IMG/VR virus record: IMGVR_UViG_3300044701_003213
Span: 1,508 to 65,507 of that record
Source of the DNA: a virus
Lineage: Duplodnaviria; Caudoviricetes
Length of the DNA: 64,000 nt
Strand: one strand, 5' to 3'
Position numbers and translations under genes: made by a program. Within the stretch, counting starts at the first letter, position 1. Each line of letters starts with the position of its first letter. Below the pieces are notes generated by a model that did no database searches, had not been told where the DNA came from, and worked only from the letters and a program-made list of their open reading frames with translations. Of the stretch, positions 17,978 through 26,604 are shown piece by piece.

Positions 17978-18967
17978 ATGCCTGCACCAGCGCCTAGACA
18001 TTTATCAATGTCTTCCTTGAAGGAGAAGATATTACAACCAGCGCAGACATCTGTTTATCTAGTGAATGTTGTTCCTGCTAAGGCAACTGGTTTGCAGGGT
18101 TTCTTTAATCAAGGTGGAAGAAAAAATAATTTTAGTTTAACAACAGATGCTGAATTACTAAACCTTTCATGCTGTGAAGCATCTCTTCCTGGTAGTGGTC
18201 TTGCTACTCACGAAGTTACTGGTGATTTTCATGGTGTAACAGAGAAAATGGCCTACAGAAGAATATATGATGATAGTATAGATTTGACTTTTTATGTTGA
18301 CCATAACTATAAAGTTTTAGAATTTTTTGAGACTTGGATGAATTACATTGTAGGAGAAGGATCAACTTTTCCGTATTCGGATTATTTGAGGAATAATGCA
18401 TATTATAGGATGAATTATCCAGATAATTATAGATGCGAAATTTTTCTAACAAAATTTGAAAAGTTGAATGTAGTAGCTCAACCAGTATTATCTTATACAT
18501 TTGTTGATGCATTTCCAATAAATGTATCTTCAATTCCTATATCATATGATGCTTCTGAACTTTTAAAAGTTACAGTATCATTTTCTTATACAAGATATAA
18601 TAGAGTAAGGGAATTGAAGAGGAATTCTTCTTATTCTGGAGAAGCTTCTAGAAATCAAAACGCTACTAATCCCGGTCTTCAGTTTAATCCGCTATCCCAA
18701 GCGGCATTTAACTCACCTGGAAATCCAGAACTTGCTCAATTTGCAAATCCAAGTTTTGGTGTTGATCCCGGTGGACTAAGTGGTATAGATTTTGGATTGT
18801 TAGTTCCAGCAGATACCCAAGGCAATAGAAATGGAACACCATACGCTGCTAATCTTCGTGATGAGGGAAGTGAAATAATTGATGCAGTTAATAATAGGAG
18901 TAGAAGAGTCGAGGAAGGTCTACCATTCGTTGGAAGAAATAGGGGACCTATAGCTCCGTTTATTTGA
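17978..18967 (+). CDS. Baseplate tail-tube initiator / tube-fold protein (gp54-like)
   Basis: CEASLPG, LTFYVD, FFETW, AFPINV, VTVSFSY; position between genes 4 and 26. Confidence 0.7.
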   Translation: MPAPAPRHLSMSSLKEKILQPAQTSVYLVNVVPAKATGLQGFFNQGGRKNNFSLTTDAELLNLSCCEASLPGSGLATHEVTGDFHGVTEKMAYRRIYDDSIDLTFYVDHNYKVLEFFETWMNYIVGEGSTFPYSDYLRNNAYYRMNYPDNYRCEIFLTKFEKLNVVAQPVLSYTFVDAFPINVSSIPISYDASELLKVTVSFSYTRYNRVRELKRNSSYSGEASRNQNATNPGLQFNPLSQAAFNSPGNPELAQFANPSFGVDPGGLSGIDFGLLVPADTQGNRNGTPYAANLRDEGSEIIDAVNNRSRRVEEGLPFVGRNRGPIAPFI

Positions 18968-19006
18968 CTAAATATATGGAAATGAATGAATTTTCTATAG
19001 AAAGTT

Positions 19007-19726
19007 ATGCCGTTACCTACAATTTCTACACCATCGTATGAACTTGAGTTGCCTTCAAGTGGACAAAAGATTAGATATAGACCATTTTTAGTTAGAGAAG
19101 AAAAACTATTAGTTCTAGCACTAGAAACGGAAGATATAAAAGAAATAACCAACGCAATTAAAACAGTAATTAAAAGTTGCATTCAAACAAAAAATGTTAA
19201 AGTGGAAACTTTACCAACTTTTGATATTGAATACTTATTCTTAAATATAAGAGGTAAATCTGTTGGAGAAGATATTGAAGTTAATTTGATATGTCCAGAT
19301 GATCAACAAAGCGTTGTTTCTACTACAATAAATGTAGACGATATACAAGTACATAAGAATCCAGACCATAATAATAAAATACAATTGGATTCTTCTTTGA
19401 TTATGGAGATGAAATATCCTTCACTAGATGAGTTTATAAAATCTAATTTTGATTTTTCATCTAATACTGGTATGGATCAATCTTTTGATCTTATCACATC
19501 ATGCATTGATAAAATTTATAATGAAGAAGAAGTTTGGGTTTCTAGTGATGTGACCAAGAAAGAATTATTTGAGTTCCTAGATCAAATGAATACAAGTCAA
19601 TTTAAGCAAATTGAAAAGTTCTTTGAAACGATGCCTAAACTTAGTCATAAAGTTAAGATTAAAAATCCTAATACTGGTGTTGAAAGTGAAGTTCTTCTGG
19701 AGGGATTAGCATCTTTTTTCGGTTAG
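19007..19726 (+). CDS. 26: Baseplate hub subunit gp26
   Basis: MPLP..TPSYEL.LPS, RPFLVREEK, FDIEYLFLNIRGKSVGE, LEGLASFF. Confidence 0.93.
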   Translation: MPLPTISTPSYELELPSSGQKIRYRPFLVREEKLLVLALETEDIKEITNAIKTVIKSCIQTKNVKVETLPTFDIEYLFLNIRGKSVGEDIEVNLICPDDQQSVVSTTINVDDIQVHKNPDHNNKIQLDSSLIMEMKYPSLDEFIKSNFDFSSNTGMDQSFDLITSCIDKIYNEEEVWVSSDVTKKELFEFLDQMNTSQFKQIEKFFETMPKLSHKVKIKNPNTGVESEVLLEGLASFFG

Positions 19727-19728
19727 GA

Positions 19729-19899
19729 ATGGTCCATATGGATCTTGAAAATTATTATAAGTTAAATTTTGCTTTGATTCAGTATCATAAATATTCATTG
19801 ACTGAGATTGAAAATATGATGCCCTGGGAAAGGGATGTTTATGTCTCATTATTACAACAACATTTGGACGATGAGAAATTAAAGCAACAACAGAGATAA
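19729..19899 (+). CDS. 51: Baseplate hub assembly catalyst gp51-like (56 aa)
   Basis: Manual translation: LENYYKLNFALIQYHKYSLTEIENMMPWERDVY. Confidence 0.85.
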   Translation: MVHMDLENYYKLNFALIQYHKYSLTEIENMMPWERDVYVSLLQQHLDDEKLKQQQR

Positions 19900-19902
19900 A
19901 AG

Positions 19903-22221
19903 ATGGCGGTAGATTCTCCAAATACACCAAAAACTGAATCTACTAATGTAGAAGATCTTGCGGAAGAAAATATAGATCCGAGGGTTTTGGAACTTCTCGG
20001 ATTGCAAGATATCTTCGATTTAGATTATGGCGACTATAAAACGCTTTTAATTGGAAAGCTAAATGAAAATGATCTTTTATCTTCAAAAGGCAAAGGTCTA
20101 GAAACTGATGATGTTACTTTACTTAGAGAAGAATTATTAAGAGTTAGAAAGAAAAGATCTGGAAGATTTAAAGTAAGTACTAAAAAAATAAAAGCAAATA
20201 AATTTTTTGATAAGGATTCTGGATCTGATGCTACACAGGCACCCAAAAAGGTAAATCTTTTACCTCATGCTAATGTTCCTGGTGCTATTCAAAAACTTCC
20301 TGATAATATTCAAGATGAAAATGGCGATCAAAAAAATGTAGAACTACAGAATAAAAAAGATGATGAAATATTATCTGTAGTTAAGGAAATAAAAGAACTT
20401 GTAATTACAATTGCCGATTCAATGAAAAAGCAATTGCAAGAAAAACAAAAATTAGCATCTCTTTCCTCTAGAGAATCTGAAAAAGCAGGTAGATCATCAA
20501 GAGAAAAAAAGATGGAGCAAAAACCATCTTTTGCTACTAAAATGGTTGAACAAGCAACGAAACCGTTTGTAAGTATTTTTGATACAATTAAAAATTTCCT
20601 GTTGAATGTTCTACTTGGTAGTTTGGCTAATTGGTTGTTCTCTGTAATACAAAATCCAAAAATGCTTTTACAACCAATACAGAGTTTATTGGATGGTATT
20701 TTTGGATTTTTTAATAATATTCTTCAATTCATTGATAATAATGTAGTACAACCAGTAAGAAGTTTTATTGATTTAATTAACTCGGCAATTAGTGGATTTA
20801 TTGGAATTATTAATAAAGCGATGAGTATCATTCCTGGATCTACTCCTATTGATGCTCCACAAGTACCGAATATTCCCGATATTCCTGATATAAAAGCACC
20901 AAATATAACAGGCACAGAAACTGCTGAACCACAAAAATCACAACCAAACATTCAAGTAAAGAATCAGGGTGGAAATATAGTTGGTAGTGATATTAAAATT
21001 CTTAAGAGCATTCAAAATCTAAACGTTGATAATTCGCAAAAAATCAATAATGTTGTTCAAAAAACTTCTGGTGGGGGAGTTCCAAAAATGAACAATAAAA
21101 TTGCTGAAACTGGTGGAATTGTTAGTGGATCGACAGGATTGGATATTAGTGGACTTGGACCTGATACTCAATTAACTGCATTGAAGAAAAATGAATTTGT
21201 CCTTGTTCCTGGTGCAGCTCAAGCAATAGGAATTCCATTTTTGGAATCTATGAATAAAAAGTATGGTGGTAATAATGCCTCAACATTTGCTTCAGTTAAT
21301 GATATAAAGATAAGAACAGCTGCAGGTGGTGGAGGAATAGATCTTTGGGGAATTAGTCCATCAAGAAATACAAAATTATCATCAAGTTCTGATTTTTCCA
21401 GTGTTCCATCGCACCATAGATCTTATTCTGCTTTCCGAGGAGCAATTCCAGCAGATTATGCTGTCGTTAGAACTGGTATTAATCCCGCTGCAGTTCCTTC
21501 TCATGGAAGAGGATTGAGTGTTGTTTCTGGTGTGTCCGGAAAGGTTGGATTTGCTGGATATGCTGACGGTGCAGGAAATATGGTAGAGATTGTTAATAAT
21601 AAAGGGGAAAAATTAATAAGATTGCTGCATTTAGATAAGATAAAAACAAAAACTGGTTCAACAGTTAGTCCTTCTACTATCATAGGAACACAAGGAAATA
21701 CGGGAACTAGAGATATCCACGTCCATGTTGATGGTAGTAAAGCGGTTCATACTAATTGGATTAGAGCCACTTTAGGTGGTAATTATGCAGCGGGGCAATT
21801 AGCGCCAGATTCGGGTGGAGGGGGCGGCGGTGCAGGTGGAGGGGGCGGAGGTAGTGGATCACAACCTCCAGCAGAAGAGTCTGTTGATTTTAGTAAGTTT
21901 GCTGAAATTTTGGGTGATAAGAGAGGTGATATTATTATGTCTGGCGAACAAAAATCTGCTTATGAGAAAGCTGGTATGTTACCGCCATCAGCAGCTCAGA
22001 TTGCTCCAACCCCACCAAAATCTAATGTTCCAACTCCCCCAACCGCTGGAACTCCTCAGATTCTTAATTTAGCAGCAGCAAATCTTTCTGCTAAACCAGT
22101 GACTAGTGGTTCTATGACTGGTAATACTGGAACTCCTCCAGTCAATTTCTCTTCTATAAACATGGCAGAATTTAGTCATTATACTGCTGTAAAGTCTCTT
22201 CTAAACATACTGGAGTATTGA
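19903..22221 (+). CDS. Tail/hub-associated protein with M23-like peptidase domain
   Basis: GNMVEI...LLHL, IGTQGNTG..IHVH (HxH); coiled-coil and amphipathic N-terminal half. Confidence 0.65.
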   Translation: MAVDSPNTPKTESTNVEDLAEENIDPRVLELLGLQDIFDLDYGDYKTLLIGKLNENDLLSSKGKGLETDDVTLLREELLRVRKKRSGRFKVSTKKIKANKFFDKDSGSDATQAPKKVNLLPHANVPGAIQKLPDNIQDENGDQKNVELQNKKDDEILSVVKEIKELVITIADSMKKQLQEKQKLASLSSRESEKAGRSSREKKMEQKPSFATKMVEQATKPFVSIFDTIKNFLLNVLLGSLANWLFSVIQNPKMLLQPIQSLLDGIFGFFNNILQFIDNNVVQPVRSFIDLINSAISGFIGIINKAMSIIPGSTPIDAPQVPNIPDIPDIKAPNITGTETAEPQKSQPNIQVKNQGGNIVGSDIKILKSIQNLNVDNSQKINNVVQKTSGGGVPKMNNKIAETGGIVSGSTGLDISGLGPDTQLTALKKNEFVLVPGAAQAIGIPFLESMNKKYGGNNASTFASVNDIKIRTAAGGGGIDLWGISPSRNTKLSSSSDFSSVPSHHRSYSAFRGAIPADYAVVRTGINPAAVPSHGRGLSVVSGVSGKVGFAGYADGAGNMVEIVNNKGEKLIRLLHLDKIKTKTGSTVSPSTIIGTQGNTGTRDIHVHVDGSKAVHTNWIRATLGGNYAAGQLAPDSGGGGGGAGGGGGGSGSQPPAEESVDFSKFAEILGDKRGDIIMSGEQKSAYEKAGMLPPSAAQIAPTPPKSNVPTPPTAGTPQILNLAAANLSAKPVTSGSMTGNTGTPPVNFSSINMAEFSHYTAVKSLLNILEY

Positions 22222-22222
22222 T

Positions 22223-25066
22223 ATGTTACCACTTCTCGCTACTGCTGGTAGAATGTTAGCAACCTCTGCTGCTAGAGGAGCTATAAGCGGTGGTGCAAGG
22301 ACAGCAGCAGGTGGCGGTGGAAACATAATAAAGGGAATGGTAAAAGATAAAGCAGAGAAAGAAATAAAAGGAAAAATAGTCAAAGTAACTACTGAAAAAT
22401 TTTTAGCAAAGAAAACTCAATTACCAAATTTAAACTCTTCTGGAACAGACTCTAAAGGTGGAGCATTAGTTAAATCTGAGTCATCTGCACTTGTTAAAAA
22501 AGAATCCGATAATCCATTACTTGATGAATTATTGATAATAAAAAGTACTCTAGTCACTATAAAATCATTAATGGATAAGAGTGCTTTATTTGATAAAAAT
22601 GAGTATACTAGAAAGAGAAAAGAGTTAGAACGACAAAAAAGAAAATCTAAAGAAGATGAATTAGAAAAGAAACCATCTAAAACTAAAAAAATTGGAAAGG
22701 GAGCACCAAAACCTTCTGGTAATATATTCGATTTTATTACAAATTATTTGTTAAATGTTTTTCTTGGTAGTTTAGCAAACTGGGCATTTAATTATATTCC
22801 GCAAATAATTGATGTTATCAAAGGAATTTCTTCTGGTGTTGATAATTTGTGGAAAGTTCTTAAATTCGGAATAATATCATTAGCTACTAATTTTCCTAAA
22901 CAAATTAAATTTCTAGCTAAGTTATCAGCAAAAATATTTGGTGGGCCAATAAAATTAATTGGAAAATTATTATTCAAGGCTGGATCTTTATTGACAGGTC
23001 TCTTAAAAAAAGCTGGTGGATATATATTCAACTTAGTTGGTGGTCCATTAAAATCAATTGCTAAAAAAATACTTGGGCAAACTGGAACTGAAGCAGCAAA
23101 GAAAGTAGCACAAACTGCATCGAAAGCAGCAGCTTCTGGATCGAAAAAGGCTGCGGATCTTGCTGCAACTCAAGGTGCTAAAAAACTTGTTGGTAGATTG
23201 AAAGCATTTAGTAAAATATTTAAAAGAGTTCCTGTTATTGGTGCAATATTGGGAATTGCTATAGATTTAGCTATGGGAGAACCTCTAGATAGGGCAATAG
23301 TTGGTGCGATTGGAGCATCTATCGGCGGTGCTATTGGTGGTGCTATTGGTACTGGATTGATTCCAATACCAGTTGTTGGAACAGCTGTTGGTGGATTTGT
23401 TGGTGCTGCTATTGGAGATTGGTTTGCGAAATCAATGTATAAAAATCTAACCGGAAGGGTTAGTCAAGCAGAAAAGGAAGCTTCAAAAGTAGAACAAAAA
23501 GCAAAGGGTGGTAAAGTACAGAAGCTTACAAGACCAACATCAGGATCATCTCCTTCTGGTATAACTAGAGAAACTGGAGTTCAAAAAAGAACATTTGAAT
23601 CTAAGGAAAGCAAAAAGGCAGTTTTGAATAGATCAAGACCTTTTGCAATTTCTCAAAAAGCAATTAAAAATTCAAAATCTTTCTTTGGTGACGATCAATC
23701 AAAATATCTACTCAAACTAAGTGATGGTTTTAAAAAGTCAACATTTATTGGAGATTTGTTGAGAATCGGTATGGCCATCGCTATGGGCGAAACTATATTA
23801 AAATCCACAACTGATGGTGCTGCCGATAATATGTCCTATGAGATGTTCAAGGCATATGAAAATGGATTAATAGATGTTGATGATGATATAGATACAAGTT
23901 CACTATCATATTCTTTTAGGAAATGGGCTAGAAATAGAATCTATGCAGAAGTTTCTGCTAGCAAAAAATATCAACAAAATATGAAGTCTCGCCCTGGAGC
24001 ATCCTCTGGAGATGGTGGCGATGGTGGAGGCGGCGATGGTGGAGGCGGTGATGGTGGTGGAGGAGGTGGTCAGGCAGGAGGTGCTGTTGAACCATCTTCG
24101 ATATATTCAAAGATGGGATTTACTAAAGAAGATTGGGACTTGTTTAGGAATACTGTTGCAAAGATAGAGTCTGGTGGTAGATATGATATTGCTGGAGGTA
24201 GTGGAGGACATTATGATGGAAGATATCAGATGGGTGCAGCTGCAAAAACTGATGGATCAAGACATGCTGGTGTACCAGATCCAGGACATACTCCTTCAGC
24301 TAGAGCAGCTTTTAGAAAAAATCCACAGTTACAAGAAACACTATTTGCTGGGTATACGAAGGCAAATCATACTTACTTGATGGGAAATGCAAAATATAAA
24401 AATGCTAATCCTCAAAGAAAACTTCAGATTTTGGGTTATGCTCATAACCAAGGAATGGGTGGTGCTGAAAGATGGTTGAATACGGGTCAAGTTGGTGCGG
24501 ATGGATTTGGAACTAAGGGGACTAAATATACAGATGCTATTGCTGCAGAATTTAGAAAAAGAGGTAAGGGATCTGGATCCACTCCACCACCAACTTCAGA
24601 TCCAATTGCTTCCGCACCACCACCATCGACATCATCAGCACCTTCAGCACCAGTATCATCAGAATCTGAAACTACAGATTTTAGTAAGTTTGCTGAAATT
24701 TTAGGAGATAAAAAGGGGAAAATTTTAGGTCCAAAGGGGGAAAGTGTCGAATTGAACATGAATGCTCCTTTTGTTAGTGTTCCTGTTAAACCAGCCCCTC
24801 AAGCATCTCAACAACCCGCTAAACCAAGTCAAGCAGCAGTATCTTCAACTAAACCCAAAGTGTCTCCGAGTGCTATTAGTCAATCTGCTAGTTATGATAG
24901 AAAATCCCCATCAACTATAATACTTCCTCCACCACAGCAAGCAGCAAATACTGCTTTGGGAAGTGCTGGACAGACTTCGAGACCAAGAATAGATTATGAT
25001 TCCAGCATGTTAAATAGTGATAGTAGAAATATGTTTAAGCAAGTTCTATCAGCCGCTCTCTATTAA
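22223..25066 (+). CDS. Tail/hub-associated protein with lysozyme/lytic-transglycosylase-like domain
   Basis: IAKIES-like VAKIESGG, GRYQM, YAHNQGMG; Gly/Ala-rich hydrophobic segment. Confidence 0.65.
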   Translation: MLPLLATAGRMLATSAARGAISGGARTAAGGGGNIIKGMVKDKAEKEIKGKIVKVTTEKFLAKKTQLPNLNSSGTDSKGGALVKSESSALVKKESDNPLLDELLIIKSTLVTIKSLMDKSALFDKNEYTRKRKELERQKRKSKEDELEKKPSKTKKIGKGAPKPSGNIFDFITNYLLNVFLGSLANWAFNYIPQIIDVIKGISSGVDNLWKVLKFGIISLATNFPKQIKFLAKLSAKIFGGPIKLIGKLLFKAGSLLTGLLKKAGGYIFNLVGGPLKSIAKKILGQTGTEAAKKVAQTASKAAASGSKKAADLAATQGAKKLVGRLKAFSKIFKRVPVIGAILGIAIDLAMGEPLDRAIVGAIGASIGGAIGGAIGTGLIPIPVVGTAVGGFVGAAIGDWFAKSMYKNLTGRVSQAEKEASKVEQKAKGGKVQKLTRPTSGSSPSGITRETGVQKRTFESKESKKAVLNRSRPFAISQKAIKNSKSFFGDDQSKYLLKLSDGFKKSTFIGDLLRIGMAIAMGETILKSTTDGAADNMSYEMFKAYENGLIDVDDDIDTSSLSYSFRKWARNRIYAEVSASKKYQQNMKSRPGASSGDGGDGGGGDGGGGDGGGGGGQAGGAVEPSSIYSKMGFTKEDWDLFRNTVAKIESGGRYDIAGGSGGHYDGRYQMGAAAKTDGSRHAGVPDPGHTPSARAAFRKNPQLQETLFAGYTKANHTYLMGNAKYKNANPQRKLQILGYAHNQGMGGAERWLNTGQVGADGFGTKGTKYTDAIAAEFRKRGKGSGSTPPPTSDPIASAPPPSTSSAPSAPVSSESETTDFSKFAEILGDKKGKILGPKGESVELNMNAPFVSVPVKPAPQASQQPAKPSQAAVSSTKPKVSPSAISQSASYDRKSPSTIILPPPQQAANTALGSAGQTSRPRIDYDSSMLNSDSRNMFKQVLSAALY

Positions 25067-25072
25067 TAATAT

Positions 25073-26383
25073 ATGGCTCTTCCCGATTCTAATAATAAAT
25101 CGACTGGTAATATAGTTTCTTTCAAAGTATATTCTAATACTGGAAAATCTTCCGAGATTAAGGGGTTAGCACCGGAAATAAAGTATTATGAAAATTTACT
25201 ATCAAATTCCATTACATTTACTGCTGTAGTTGCTGATACTGGTGGATTGGACCCAGAAAATAAAAAACCAATGCCTGGTATACTTGATGGTCTTCCAATT
25301 AGAGGTGGAGAAAAAACTGATCTGATTATTGAAGATGCATATAAAAATAAACTATCTTTTATTGGTGATAAGTCATTTTATGTTAATAGAATAAAAGCTG
25401 CTGATCCTGGAACACAGAAAGACTTATACTTTCTAGATTTTTGTTCTTTAGAATTTTTAAAAAATGAGCAAACTAGAATAATAAAAAGATATGATATAAA
25501 AATATCTGAAGCAGTAAAAAAAATATTAACAGATCCACCACCATTTGGATTGGGTACTAAGAAAGAAACTGTGATAGATGAGACTGGTGTTCCCTATAAT
25601 TTTATAGGAAACCAATGGAAACCATTTCACGTTTGCACTTGGTTAGCTTCTAGATCTGCTCCAACTAAAAGTATAAATCAAGCAGCAGGATATTTTTTCT
25701 ATGAAACCTATGATGGGTTTCAATTTAGATCAATTGATTTATTGATGGAACAAGAACCGACTAAAAAATATTTGTATACAAATAGCACTCAAACAAAACC
25801 TGGATTTGAACCAATACAAGACATGTATATTGAGAAAGACATGGACTTGCAGCAAAAATTGATTCTTGGTACATATGCTAACAGAACATTGTATTTTGAT
25901 GCATTCGCCTTTGAATGGGTTTCTAGACCATATGATATAAGTGAACAGCAAGGTGGTCTAAGTTTAGCTGGTGCTGACTTAGATTATGTTGCTGAGCAAT
26001 TTAGACAAACACCAACTAGATTTATGACTAGAGTGTTGGATAATGGATGGCTTCCTGTTGGAAAAAAAGCAGAAGAGCAATTATCAACATGGAAAGGTCA
26101 ACCTAAACAACCTGTTTTTGATGCACCGAAATTAATGTCTCAAACTATTATGAGATATAATCAATTATATTCGGTAAAAACTAATATAACTATTAGGGGA
26201 GACTTTACTTTGAGAGCGGGACAAACAGTATACTGTGAATTCCCAGATCTTCAGGATGATATTGCGAGACGCCCCAACCAACAAACTAGCGGAAAATATA
26301 TGATAGCTAGTTTATGTCATAGAATCACACCAAAAGATTGTCTAACTAGTTTAACTCTTGTTAGAGATTCCTATTCTAAGTAA
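25073..26383 (+). CDS. Baseplate hub protein (gp27-like)
   Basis: YYENL, LPIRGGE, GYFFYET.DGFQFRSI, SGKYMIASLCH..LTLVRDS. Confidence 0.65.
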   Translation: MALPDSNNKSTGNIVSFKVYSNTGKSSEIKGLAPEIKYYENLLSNSITFTAVVADTGGLDPENKKPMPGILDGLPIRGGEKTDLIIEDAYKNKLSFIGDKSFYVNRIKAADPGTQKDLYFLDFCSLEFLKNEQTRIIKRYDIKISEAVKKILTDPPPFGLGTKKETVIDETGVPYNFIGNQWKPFHVCTWLASRSAPTKSINQAAGYFFYETYDGFQFRSIDLLMEQEPTKKYLYTNSTQTKPGFEPIQDMYIEKDMDLQQKLILGTYANRTLYFDAFAFEWVSRPYDISEQQGGLSLAGADLDYVAEQFRQTPTRFMTRVLDNGWLPVGKKAEEQLSTWKGQPKQPVFDAPKLMSQTIMRYNQLYSVKTNITIRGDFTLRAGQTVYCEFPDLQDDIARRPNQQTSGKYMIASLCHRITPKDCLTSLTLVRDSYSK

Positions 26384-26389
26384 AAAATC

Positions 26390-26602
26390 ATGGAAAACAT
26401 TAACGATCACATCGCCAAGGACAAAAAACTTCTTGATGATCCAACAATTTCTCCGCAAGCACGTAGACATACTGAAGAAGAACTTTCTGCTTTAGAACAT
26501 TATCATCAAAATCATCCAGAGGATGAACATGATCCAACAGCACTTGAGTTATACTGTGATATGCACCCAGATGCTTTAGAGTGTAGAGTATACGAAGACT
26601 GA
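26390..26602 (+). CDS. cp12: CP12 Calvin-cycle inhibitor
   Basis: LELYCDMHPDALECRVYED C-terminal CP12 motif. Confidence 0.92.
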   Translation: MENINDHIAKDKKLLDDPTISPQARRHTEEELSALEHYHQNHPEDEHDPTALELYCDMHPDALECRVYED

Positions 26603-26604
26603 TT

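Noticed and set aside
24007-24070. GGCGATGGTGGA-type repeats (also 21814-21858)
   Set aside because: They encode poly-Gly linkers; not collagen or a regulatory repeat
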